Part shown: piece by piece, positions 29,650 through 42,037 of the stretch
Position numbering within the stretch: the first letter of the stretch is position 1
Layout of the letters: each line of letters begins with the position of its first letter
Assembly (NCBI GenBank): GCA_963842085.1
Contig: CAWJET010000001.1
Span: 2,208,001-2,272,000, forward strand
From: an uncultured delta proteobacterium
Lineage (GTDB): Bacteria > Desulfobacterota > Binatia > Binatales > Binataceae
Reading direction: 5' to 3'
DNA length: 64,000 nt
Notes under the pieces: generated by a model
Seen by the model: the letters and a program-made list of their open reading frames with translations, nothing else
Told to the model about the DNA's origin: nothing
The model's database searches: none
Translations under genes and position numbers: made by a program

Positions 29650-29651
29650 CA

Positions 29652-30872
29652 ATGAGCGAGGCAATCGAGACTCAGGCGTCGCAGGATTTCTACTTCAATC
29701 CGTGGGACGAGAATTTCCGCGCCAATCCCTATCCGCATTATCGCCCGCTGCTGGCGGGACCGCCGCGAATTCTCGACATGGGCTACAAATTCGCACTCGC
29801 CGCGCGCTACGCCGATGTGCGGGCCGTCCTGATGGACCATGGAACATTTTCGAGCGTGCAACCCGCCGGTATGGGATTCGACGAGCAAGCGAAAGCGTTC
29901 GGCGATGCGCCGACGATGCTCGGTTCCGATCCGCCGACGCAAACCCGGCTGCGGCGGCTGGTCTCGCGCGATTTCACGCCGCGGCGAATCCGCGAGCTCG
30001 AACCGCGCATCCGCGAGATCGCGAAAAATCTCATCGACGCTGCAGAGCGCAAGGGCGAGTTCGACGTGATGGCGGACCTCGCCAATCCCCTGCCGGTGAT
30101 GGTGATCAGTGATTTGCTCGGCGTGCCGCCAACGGAATACCGCCAATTCAAGCAATGGTCGGACAAGATTGTAGAGGCGGACAACACGCTACCCGGGATG
30201 CCGATACCCGACGACATCAAAAGCGCGTTCACTGAATTGAAGGCATACTTTGCCGAAGAGATTGTCCGCCGCCGCAAGAATCCCGGCACTGACCTGGTGA
30301 GCGCTCTCGTCGCGGCGCACGACGAGGCCGAAGCGCTGAGCGCCGACGAGCTGCTGCAGTTCGTCGTGCTGTTGCTGCTCGCCGGCAACGAGACGACGAC
30401 AAACCTGATCGGCAACGGGATGCTCGCGCTGGGACGCAATCCCGGCGCGATGGCGACGCTGCGCTCGAAGCCCGAGCTGATGCGCGGTGCGATTGAGGAG
30501 ATGCTGCGGTACGACGGACCGGTGCAAGCTACGTTCCGCACGGCGACCAAGGACACGACGGTCGGCGGGACGCCGATAGGGTCGGGGACCGGCGTGTTCG
30601 TGATCATCGCGGCGGCCAATCGGGATCCGGCGCAGTTCAGGGAACCCGAGAAGTTCGACATCACGCGCGAACCGAACGAGCATCTGGCGTTCGGCGAGGG
30701 AATCCACTTTTGTATCGGTGCGCCGCTGGCGCGGCTGGAAGGATCGATCGCGATTGGCGCTGCGCTCGAACGATTCCCGCATCTTCGCCTGAAAAATCCC
30801 GACGCCGCACTGACCTACAAGGGCTCCTACTTCCTGCGCGGGCTCAGCCGTCTCGAGATGGCGCTCACGTGA
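29652..30872 (+). CDS. Cytochrome P450 (paralog 1)
   Basis: LLLAGNETT, EEMLRYDGPV, AANRDP, heme motif FGEGIHFCIG. Confidence 0.95.
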   Translation: MSEAIETQASQDFYFNPWDENFRANPYPHYRPLLAGPPRILDMGYKFALAARYADVRAVLMDHGTFSSVQPAGMGFDEQAKAFGDAPTMLGSDPPTQTRLRRLVSRDFTPRRIRELEPRIREIAKNLIDAAERKGEFDVMADLANPLPVMVISDLLGVPPTEYRQFKQWSDKIVEADNTLPGMPIPDDIKSAFTELKAYFAEEIVRRRKNPGTDLVSALVAAHDEAEALSADELLQFVVLLLLAGNETTTNLIGNGMLALGRNPGAMATLRSKPELMRGAIEEMLRYDGPVQATFRTATKDTTVGGTPIGSGTGVFVIIAAANRDPAQFREPEKFDITREPNEHLAFGEGIHFCIGAPLARLEGSIAIGAALERFPHLRLKNPDAALTYKGSYFLRGLSRLEMALT

Positions 30873-31032
30873 CATCGCTTGACTGCGTGCAGTCGCATCG
30901 ATGCATGTCCGCGGGGTGAAAACACGCGCGGTGGCATAGGCCCGTGCGGTGGCATTGCGATTGCATCGTAGTGCGCGCAGCGCGGGCGATGCGGCTTGGC
31001 AAACTAAAATCTACGAAAGAGGAGCTCTCACA

Positions 31033-32238
31033 ATGAACCAGGCCGCAGAAAATATCTACTTCAACCCGTGGGATCCCGCGTTTCGCGCCAATCCGTATCC
31101 GCATTACAAGCCACTGCTGGCCGGCCCGCCCCGTATCCTCGATTTGTTCGGGCCGACCGCGATGGTCACTCGCTATGCTGACGTCACGACGGTGCTGCGC
31201 GACCATGCGCACTTTTCAAGCGTGCGGCCGCGCGATCCTTCCGAGCCGCCGAACGAGGGACCGTTTGCCGGCGCGCGCACGGTACTGTTTTCCGATCCGC
31301 CAATGCATACGCGGCTGCGCCGCCTGATCTCGCGTGATTTCACGCCGCGGCGAATCCGCGACCTCGAGCCGCGCATCCGCGAGATCGCGAAAAATCTTAT
31401 CGACGCCGCGGAGCGCAAGGGCGAGCTGGAAGTGATGAGCGGGGTTGCCAACGCGCTGCCGGTGATGGTTATCGCGGAAATGCTTGGCGTGCCGCCGGAC
31501 CATTACGAACAGTTCAAGCACTGGTCCGATACGGTGGTCGCGGGCGACAACACTTTGCCCGGGACTCCGCTGCCGGATGAATTTCATGCGGCGACCAAAG
31601 CGCTGCGCAGCTATTTCGCCGGCGAGATCGAGCGGCGCCGGATGAATCCCGGCGGTGACCTGATAAGCGCGCTGGTCGCGGCGCACGACGACGCGGAAGC
31701 GATGAACGCCGACGAATTGCTCGCGTTCGTGCTGCTCCTGCTGCTGGCCGGCAACGAGACCACCACCAATCTGATCGGCAACGGGATGCTTGCGCTCGGG
31801 CGCAATCCAGCGCAGATGAATCTGCTCCGGCAGAGCCCCGAACTGATGCCGCGGGCGATCGAAGAGATCCTGCGTTACGACGGACCGGTGCAGTCCACCA
31901 TCCGCTTCACCAAGGAAGATATAAATCTCAGCGGGACCGAGCTGCCGGCCAATCTCGGATGCTTCATAATCCTCGCCGCGGCCAATCGCGACCCGGCGCA
32001 GTTCGAAGATCCCGATCGTTTCGACATCACGCGCACACCGCGCGACCACGTTGCATTCGGCGAGGGCATTCACTTCTGCATCGGCGCGCCGCTGGCGCGG
32101 CTGGAGGGTGCGATTGCGATCGGCGCGATGCTCGAGCGCTTCCCGCGGATGCGTTTGGAGGATCCCGCGGCGCCGGTGACTTACAAGGGTTCTTACTTCC
32201 TTCGGGGATTGGCGTCGCTCAAGATGGCGACTGACTGA
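31033..32238 (+). CDS. Cytochrome P450 (paralog 2)
   Basis: Same motifs (AGNETT, EEILRYD, FGEGIHFCIG); GAGGAG ribosome-binding site before ATG at 31033. Confidence 0.95.
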   Translation: MNQAAENIYFNPWDPAFRANPYPHYKPLLAGPPRILDLFGPTAMVTRYADVTTVLRDHAHFSSVRPRDPSEPPNEGPFAGARTVLFSDPPMHTRLRRLISRDFTPRRIRDLEPRIREIAKNLIDAAERKGELEVMSGVANALPVMVIAEMLGVPPDHYEQFKHWSDTVVAGDNTLPGTPLPDEFHAATKALRSYFAGEIERRRMNPGGDLISALVAAHDDAEAMNADELLAFVLLLLLAGNETTTNLIGNGMLALGRNPAQMNLLRQSPELMPRAIEEILRYDGPVQSTIRFTKEDINLSGTELPANLGCFIILAAANRDPAQFEDPDRFDITRTPRDHVAFGEGIHFCIGAPLARLEGAIAIGAMLERFPRMRLEDPAAPVTYKGSYFLRGLASLKMATD

Positions 32239-32251
32239 GCAGGGCTCATTC

Positions 32252-32458
32252 ATGGCCGCTGAAGTGCAATTCAACATTTGGGATCCCGAATTTCGCGCAA
32301 ATCCGCATCCGTACTATGGCCCGCCGCCCGAGCAGGTTTACGAAGGCCGGTTCAAAGGCTCGCGCAACATGCTGGGTTCCGATCCGCCGCAAAAACCGGC
32401 GTACAAGGGTTCGTGCTTCTTGCGCGGCCTCGAGTCATTGCCGGTGGCGATCGATTAG
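32252..32458 (+). pseudogene. Internally deleted P450 remnant (68-aa open frame)
   Basis: FNIWDPEFRANPHPYY (P450 N-terminus) + MLGSDPP + YKGSCFLRGL (C-terminus); I-helix and heme Cys are absent. Confidence 0.8.
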
Positions 32459-32464
32459 TTGCCG

Positions 32465-33787
32465 ATGACCGAACCCGCCGTCACGCTGGATTTGAAGCCC
32501 GAACCCGGCGCTGCGGTTGACGAAGCCGGCCGCAGGAGCACACACCTTGGGCTGCTGGGCAGGACGCCGCCGTTCACCAGGCGGCAACGCCGGGTATTCT
32601 GGATCGCATCGACCGCGGGATTTTTCGATCAGTACGATCGCGCGCTGCTGAGTCTCGCCCTCAAGCAAATCCAGGCGGGGCTCAAGATCGCGGAATCGCA
32701 CCTCGGCGCGATGCTCTCGGTGATCCGGCTCGGCTACCTGCTGACGCTGCTGATGACCCCGTTTGCCGACGTCTTCGGGCGCCGCCGGCTGCTGCTCTAC
32801 ACGGTGATGGGCTACACGGTCTTCACCGGGCTGAGTGCCATCGCGCCGGGAGAGCGGACATTCGTCATCTGCCAGATCGTCGCACGCGCATTCGCGGGCG
32901 CCGAAGCCGCGATCGCGATGGTGATAGTGGCGGAGGAAGTCGACGCCGCCCATCGCGGCTGGGCGATTGGGCTGCTGAGCGCGGTGTCGTCGGTGGGCTA
33001 CGGCCTGGCCGCGGTCGTGTTCGCGTTTATCAACGTGATTCCCTACGGCTGGCGCGGGCTCTACGCGATCGCGCTGGTGCCTCTCGTGCTGATCATTCCG
33101 CTGCGGCGCGTGCTGCCGGAAAGCGCGCGCTTCGAGAGGGAGAAACTCGAAGGGCTGCGGCCGGTGAAAGTCTGGGAGCCGCTCGGACAGTTATATAGCG
33201 CTTACCCGCGACGGCTCGTCATGATGCTGTCGATTGCGTTCCTGGGCTCGATGGGCGGCAACGCGTCGGGTTTTCTGTTTCCGAAGTTTCTGCAGGAGAC
33301 GCATCATTGGTCGCCGGGCAACGTCTCGTCGTTGTTTTTCTTTGGCGGTGCGCTCGGAATAATGGGCTCGATCGTCGCGGGCCGGATGAGCGATCGCCAC
33401 GGCCGGCGCGTGATGGGCGCGGCGTTCCTGTTGCTGGCGCCGCTGCTGACTATCTGGATGTACACGGCGCCGGGCTGGTCGATCGTACCGGCCTGGATAT
33501 TGGAAACATTTTTCGATATCGCGTCGGGCACGATCCTCAATGCCTACAGCGCGGAGTTGTTCCCGACCTCGTATCGTTCGACGGCGGGAAGCGCACTCGC
33601 GGTCGCGGGCACGACCGGCGGCGCGCTTGGCCTGTTCTTCGAGAGCGTGCTGTTCAACGTCACCGGCTCGCACGCGCACGCGATCTGCTACCTGACGGTG
33701 TTCTGGATTATCTCGCCGGCGATCATGTGGTTCCTTCCGGAGACCTCGGGACGTGAACTCGAGGAGATCTCGCCCGAAACAAAGTAA
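32465..33787 (+). CDS. MFS transporter
   Basis: ADVFGRRR and SDRHGRR motif-A copies, ELFPTSYRS, LPETSGRELEE. Confidence 0.92.
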   Translation: MTEPAVTLDLKPEPGAAVDEAGRRSTHLGLLGRTPPFTRRQRRVFWIASTAGFFDQYDRALLSLALKQIQAGLKIAESHLGAMLSVIRLGYLLTLLMTPFADVFGRRRLLLYTVMGYTVFTGLSAIAPGERTFVICQIVARAFAGAEAAIAMVIVAEEVDAAHRGWAIGLLSAVSSVGYGLAAVVFAFINVIPYGWRGLYAIALVPLVLIIPLRRVLPESARFEREKLEGLRPVKVWEPLGQLYSAYPRRLVMMLSIAFLGSMGGNASGFLFPKFLQETHHWSPGNVSSLFFFGGALGIMGSIVAGRMSDRHGRRVMGAAFLLLAPLLTIWMYTAPGWSIVPAWILETFFDIASGTILNAYSAELFPTSYRSTAGSALAVAGTTGGALGLFFESVLFNVTGSHAHAICYLTVFWIISPAIMWFLPETSGRELEEISPETK

Positions 33788-33833
33788 TCTGATTTCCCCG
33801 CGACTCATCGACGCGCTAGATTTGCGGCGACGC

Positions 33834-34316
33834 ATGGAAGCAGAGTTGCATCGCCGCTTGCGCGTCCGAATCGGCCCGTTTGCTCTGGTGGCCGTCCTGC
33901 TCGCGTTGCTCGGATGCGCGCGCGGTCCATGCGTCGCGATAGTCGGCCCTGACGACAAGCCGCGCGCCACCGTTACGGTCGAAGTCGCGAACACCGGGGC
34001 GCAGCGCGAGCTCGGCCTGATGTTTCGCAAGCATCTGGACGACAATGCGGGGATGATCTTTGTCTTCCCGGATGCGGCGCGCCGGAATTTCTGGATGCAC
34101 AATACGCCGATTCCCCTCGACATGATTTTCGCCGCCTCAAACGGCGTGGTGACGGGAATCGTCGCCAACGCGGAGCCCTACTCCGACAAGCTGCTCGGCG
34201 TCGAAGGCAACTCGGAGTATGTGCTCGAAGTGAACGGCGGCTTCTGCGCCAGGAACGGAATCAAGCCCGGCGACCGCTTGGACTTCTCGGGCTTTCCCAC
34301 CCATACATCGCAATAA
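33834..34316 (+). CDS. DUF192 family protein (possible lipoprotein)
   Basis: VEVANT..QRELGLMFR, GMIFVF, FWMHNTPIPLDMIF, YVLEVNGG; LLALLGC. Confidence 0.88.
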   Translation: MEAELHRRLRVRIGPFALVAVLLALLGCARGPCVAIVGPDDKPRATVTVEVANTGAQRELGLMFRKHLDDNAGMIFVFPDAARRNFWMHNTPIPLDMIFAASNGVVTGIVANAEPYSDKLLGVEGNSEYVLEVNGGFCARNGIKPGDRLDFSGFPTHTSQ

Positions 34317-34363
34317 TCAGGCGCTTTAACCGGCGGCGAACATGCGGTATCTATCTTGCCGGT

Positions 34364-34385
34364 GGCGCGCGACGGGCGCCTTTTT
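34364..34385 (+). terminator. Weak intrinsic terminator candidate
   Basis: GGCGC-N7-GCGCC followed by TTTTT. Confidence 0.3.
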
Positions 34386-34422
34386 GTTTGCCGTCTATCT
34401 CGCTTTATCGCGGTCGTGACAA

Positions 34423-35976
<1,554 letters not shown>

Positions 35977-36085
35977 AGAGCGCGACTGGCCGCCGCACGC
36001 AGTTAGCCCGCGCGCGCCGGATTCAGTATAGAATTTGGAGAGCGATGAGCCCGGCCTCAGAATGGCCGGAAGCCAGGGAAGATTG

Positions 36086-37600
36086 ATGTTCAAGCGGATA
36101 CTAATCGCCAACCGCGGCGAGATCGCGGTGCGGATCATCCGCGCCTGCCGCGACTTGGGAATCGAATCGGTCGCCGTCTACTCGGACGCCGATCGCGCCG
36201 CGCTGCACGTGCGCGAAGCCGATCATGCCTACCCGGTCGGTCCGGCGCCGGCGGCCGAGAGCTATCTCAACACCGCGAAAATTCTTGAAGCGGCAAAACA
36301 CACCAAGGCCGACGCCGTGCATCCGGGCTACGGCTTTTTCTCGGAACGCGCCGCGTTCGCACGCGCGGTGCAGAAAGCCGGCCTGACCTGGATCGGGCCG
36401 CCGGCCGAGGCGATCGAGCGGATGGGCGACAAGGTCGAGTCGCGCAAATTGATGTCGGCGGCGAAGGTGCCGGTCGTGCCGGGCTCGCCGGGAACGCTCG
36501 AGACCGAAGCCGAAGTGGCAGCGATCGCGAAAAAGCTCGGGTTTCCGATCATGGTGAAGGCGGCCGCCGGCGGCGGTGGCAAGGGACTGCGCTTCGTCGA
36601 GAACGCCAAAAACCTCGGCTCGGTGGTGCGCACCGTCTCGAGCGAGGCCAAGTCGTCGTTCGGCGACGGGCGCTTTTACGTCGAGAAATTTCTGAAGCAG
36701 CCGCGGCATATCGAAGTGCAGGTGCTCGCCGACGCGCACGGCAACATCGTCCACGTCTTCGAGCGCGAATGCTCGATCCAGCGCCGCCATCAGAAGGTCG
36801 TCGAGGAATCGCCGTCGCCGTTCATCACGCCCAAGATGCGGGCCGAGATGGGCGAAGTCGCGGTCCGCGCGGCCAGGGCGGTGAACTACGTAAGCGCCGG
36901 GACGATCGAGTTCCTGGTCGACGCGGAGCGCAACTTCTATTTTCTGGAGATGAACACGCGCATCCAGGTCGAGCATCCTGTCACCGAGCTGGTGACGGGC
37001 GTGGATTTGGTGCGCGCGCAAATCGAAATCGCCGCGGGGGCGAAGCTGCCGTTCAGGCAAACGGATCTCGCGCAGCGCGGATGGGCGATCGAGTGCCGAA
37101 TCTACGCGGAAGATCCGGCGGCCGGGTTTGCCCCGGCGCCCGGAAAAATCGAGACGCTCAGATTTCCCGACGGTCCGGGCGTGCGCAACGACGCGGGCGT
37201 CTACGCGGGCGCCGAAGTGCCGGTCTTTTACGACCCGATGATCTCCAAGCTGGCGGTGTGGGGCGCGAATCGCCAGCAGGCGATCGACCGGATGCGGCGC
37301 GCACTGGGCGAATTCGCAATTTCCGGCGATCTGCGCACCAACCTCGACTTTCATCGCTGGCTTGTGGCGCATCCCAGGTTTTTGAAGGGTGACTTCGATA
37401 CCAATTTCATCGACCACGAGTATCGTCCGAATGAGAACGGCGCCGCGCCGCGCGGTGCGGAGCTGGCGGCGATTTTTCTCGCGGCGATCGCAGCGCAGAG
37501 AAACACCAATCACAGCAATGGCGCCGGCGCGCAGCCGGTGGCCGCGCCGAATGCGTCCGCGTGGCGGATGCTCGGCCGGCTCGACATGCTGCGCAGATAG
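36086..37600 (+). CDS. Biotin carboxylase subunit of acyl-CoA carboxylase
   Basis: ILIANRGEIA, HPGYGF, GGGGKG, ERECSIQRRHQK, EMNTRIQVEHPVTE. Confidence 0.93.
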   Translation: MFKRILIANRGEIAVRIIRACRDLGIESVAVYSDADRAALHVREADHAYPVGPAPAAESYLNTAKILEAAKHTKADAVHPGYGFFSERAAFARAVQKAGLTWIGPPAEAIERMGDKVESRKLMSAAKVPVVPGSPGTLETEAEVAAIAKKLGFPIMVKAAAGGGGKGLRFVENAKNLGSVVRTVSSEAKSSFGDGRFYVEKFLKQPRHIEVQVLADAHGNIVHVFERECSIQRRHQKVVEESPSPFITPKMRAEMGEVAVRAARAVNYVSAGTIEFLVDAERNFYFLEMNTRIQVEHPVTELVTGVDLVRAQIEIAAGAKLPFRQTDLAQRGWAIECRIYAEDPAAGFAPAPGKIETLRFPDGPGVRNDAGVYAGAEVPVFYDPMISKLAVWGANRQQAIDRMRRALGEFAISGDLRTNLDFHRWLVAHPRFLKGDFDTNFIDHEYRPNENGAAPRGAELAAIFLAAIAAQRNTNHSNGAGAQPVAAPNASAWRMLGRLDMLRR

Positions 37601-37615
37601 GCGGGACTCCTGACG

Positions 37616-38119
37616 ATGCGATACCACGCGACCGTAGACGGCAAGGAACACGAAATCGAGGTTGAAGAGCTCACCTCGGACTCGTTCGCGATTCGTTTCG
37701 GCGAGAATAGCTTTGAAGCCGATTTGTGTAGGGTAGGACCGGCGTCCTTCTCGGTGATCGTCGGCAATCGCTCCTTCGATTTCGACGTCGCGCGCGACGG
37801 CGACGAGACTGTGGTCGCGTCGCGGAGCGGATCGACGCGGCTAACGGTCGCCGATGCGGCGCGGCGGACCAGGCGCGCCGCCGGCAGGCGGCGCGAGGTT
37901 ACCGGCCGGGTCGAGATAAAAGCCGCGATGCCCGGCCGAGTCGTCAACGTGCTGGTCGCGGCGGGAGACGAAGTCAAAGCGGAACAGGGAATCGTAATCG
38001 TCGAAGCCATGAAGATGGAGAACGAAGTCAAAGCGCCCAAGGCCGGCAAGATCGTCGAAGTGAAGGTGATCGCGGGCCAGACGGTCGAGAAGGGCCAGGT
38101 GATGATTGTTATCGAGTAG
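37616..38119 (+). CDS. Biotin carboxyl carrier protein
   Basis: AMPG...EAMKMENE biotinylation motif. Confidence 0.92.
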   Translation: MRYHATVDGKEHEIEVEELTSDSFAIRFGENSFEADLCRVGPASFSVIVGNRSFDFDVARDGDETVVASRSGSTRLTVADAARRTRRAAGRRREVTGRVEIKAAMPGRVVNVLVAAGDEVKAEQGIVIVEAMKMENEVKAPKAGKIVEVKVIAGQTVEKGQVMIVIE

Positions 38120-38157
38120 GTGAGCCAGCCGGATGCGGCCGGTAGAGGCAACTTGTC

Positions 38158-39831
<1,674 letters not shown>

Positions 39832-39969
39832 CGTTTGGCGGGCCGATTCGTATAAAAGAAAGCGCATCGGAAAGGGGCGGCGCGCGGCGGATTGCGCGAG
39901 CGTCGCAAGCCAGTCAGAGATGTGACGATCAGGCGCGGCGACTCGCGCGCTCGATCGGGGAGAAAATAA

Positions 39970-40533
39970 ATGGGGCCGATCCCGAAGGGGACATTTCTGA
40001 CGAAAGGCGTGGGGCGCCATCGCGAGAAGCTGACTTCTTTCGAGCTGGCGCTGCGTTCCGCGGGAATTGCCGAGTTCAACCTCGTGCGTGTCAAGTCGAT
40101 CTTCCCGCCCAACTGCAAACTGCTCAGCCAGCAGGAAGGCCTGAAGTACCTGACGCCGGGGCAGATCGTTTTTGCCGTGATGAGCGACAACGCCACCAAC
40201 GAACCGCATCGGCTGATCGCGTCGTCGGTGGGAGTGGCGCTGCCGAGCAATCCGGCGCAGTACGGCTACCTGTCCGAGCATCACAGCACGGGCGAGACGG
40301 ATCAGAAGGCGGGCGACTACGCGGAGGATCTGGCGGCGATGATGCTGGCGACAATTCTTGGCGTCGATTTCGATCCGAATCTGAGCTACGACGAACGTAA
40401 GGATCTGTGGCGCATGTCGGACAAGATCGTAACGACGCGCAACGTGACGCAGTCGGCGATTGGCGATCGCGACGGGTTGTGGTCGTCGGTGGTCGCGGCG
40501 GCGGTGTTCGTCGATATCCCCAACGGCAAATAG
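39970..40533 (+). CDS. pdaD: Pyruvoyl-dependent arginine decarboxylase
   Basis: SFELALRSAGIAEFNLVRVKSIFPP, GYLSEHH, A..MLATILG, VAAAVF. Confidence 0.85.
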   Translation: MGPIPKGTFLTKGVGRHREKLTSFELALRSAGIAEFNLVRVKSIFPPNCKLLSQQEGLKYLTPGQIVFAVMSDNATNEPHRLIASSVGVALPSNPAQYGYLSEHHSTGETDQKAGDYAEDLAAMMLATILGVDFDPNLSYDERKDLWRMSDKIVTTRNVTQSAIGDRDGLWSSVVAAAVFVDIPNGK

Positions 40534-40569
40534 TTTGTACGGCGTGAGCCAGCCGGGTAGGCTTTAGCT

Positions 40570-40869
40570 ATGGCGACAGAAATTCTCTACTGCTCGGCTT
40601 GAGGCTATAAGCCACGTGCGGCCAGTCTGGCCGCATCATTGGATTCCAGGTTCGGCGAGAAGGCTGAAATCACCGCCGGCAAGTCAGGTCAGTTCGACGT
40701 GATCGTGAACGGGCGGCTGGTGTTCTCGAAATCGAGCACCGGACGATTTCCGGTTGACGGCGAAGTCGAAGAGATCTTTGCGGCGCTCAAAGAAGGCCGC
40801 GAGCCTAGGCCGATCGAAAAGAAACCGGAAGGGTTCGTCGAGCGCATGCTCGGAAAGCTCAGAAACTGA
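40570..40869 (+). CDS. Rdx (SelT/SelW/SelH) family selenoprotein, CxxU
   Basis: MATEILYCSAU(TGA 40600-40602)GYKPRAASLA...GKSGQFDV...LVFSK...RFP..GEV, in frame with the track ORF at 40639; SECIS-like hairpin follows. Confidence 0.88.
40616..40636 (+). promoter_or_regulatory. Bacterial SECIS-like hairpin
   Basis: TGCGGCCA-GTC-TGGCCGCA starting 15 nt after the UGA, with G at the start of the apical loop. Confidence 0.75.
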
Positions 40870-40906
40870 GCCGACCGCGAACGACGCTGACAGAAAAAGA
40901 ACCTCG

Positions 40907-41998
40907 CTACGGGTGCATGTCGAGAAATTCCTTGAAGCCGCTTCGCTCGTGCGGCCCGAGGATCGCCATCTCGAGAATTCCCATCCCTTCGCGCGAGCCC
41001 ATTTTCGCCTGGCACACGGCCTGGATGTGCTGATGCATCAAGTCGCGCTCGTTGACGTCGGCAGTTCTGAACGACTCGTAGGTTGAGGCGTCGGGGCCGA
41101 CGTACATTCCGTGCCCCCACTTCGGATGAAAGTAGCCGATGCCCTGCATGTAGAAATTGTAAAGCGTCTTCAGTTCGATGCGGCTTTCTACGGCGCGCGG
41201 GGTGTGCAGAATTATCTCGGCGGTCCTCGCGTGGCGCGTCCCGGGTGCGTAGTCAATGTTGAAGTCGACGCCGGCCGCGAGATCGAGCGGGGCGCCGGGC
41301 TCCGCGCGCGTGATAGCGCCGAACTGGTGCCATCGCGAGCCGTCGGCGTTCTCATTGCAGTCGCAATGCGTACAGAGATCTTCGAAATTGGCCGGCGACC
41401 ACAGCCAGTAGAACTGCCCCATCGCGGCCGAGGGCACGCCGGCGGGGTCCTGCGGGCCGATTCCGCGCACGCCCCACGAGCGATCGCGCGACCCCCAGAC
41501 TCGCGACGGTTTTGCATCGTAAGTCTTGCCGGCGACGGTGAGGCTGCCGTTGTAACCGCCGTGCTGCGTGAACCGCGTCAAATCCATGACGAGCCGCGGG
41601 CCGGCGCGGCGGCTGAAGCGCGGTTCCTCGATTGCAGCGGCGCGAGCTTCGAACGTCAGGTCAGCCTTTACGGCTTCATGATCGACGCGAACGCGGATCG
41701 AGCGCATCGGGCGTACGATCTCGATTGAGATCGGGCCGACCCGCGTGTCCATCCGCTCGGCGCCGAGCACGCGCGACGCGCGCACGCAATGCTGCACGCC
41801 GCCGGCGACGACGCTGAATGCGCAATCGATGATTCCGACGTTCGGATAAATTCCCATCGCGGCGGCGAAGTAGGGCTCGCCCTCGCGGAAGTAGCCGTTG
41901 AAAAAAAATCGATCGTAGAAGTTGCGGTCGCTGGTGAAGACCTGCTGCACCGGCTCCGGCGTCTGATGAATCGGATAGTCGTCGCCCTGCGTGATCAT
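40907..41998 (-). CDS. Hypothetical protein, probably tocopherol-cyclase/AttH-like beta-barrel
   Basis: DDYPIHQTP, NFYDRFFFN, RDRSWGVR, FYWLW; codon usage matches neighbouring genes. Confidence 0.7.
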   Translation of the reverse strand: MITQGDDYPIHQTPEPVQQVFTSDRNFYDRFFFNGYFREGEPYFAAAMGIYPNVGIIDCAFSVVAGGVQHCVRASRVLGAERMDTRVGPISIEIVRPMRSIRVRVDHEAVKADLTFEARAAAIEEPRFSRRAGPRLVMDLTRFTQHGGYNGSLTVAGKTYDAKPSRVWGSRDRSWGVRGIGPQDPAGVPSAAMGQFYWLWSPANFEDLCTHCDCNENADGSRWHQFGAITRAEPGAPLDLAAGVDFNIDYAPGTRHARTAEIILHTPRAVESRIELKTLYNFYMQGIGYFHPKWGHGMYVGPDASTYESFRTADVNERDLMHQHIQAVCQAKMGSREGMGILEMAILGPHERSGFKEFLDMHP

Positions 41999-42037
41999 CG
42001 TCGTCTCCTGGCGCGAATCTGAAACCCGTCGTTTTGA

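Noticed and set aside
29289-29651. N-terminal extension of P450 paralog 1 in the ORF track
   Set aside because: Overlaps tetR in another frame; ATG 29652 has a GAGG ribosome-binding site and matches the start of paralog 2.
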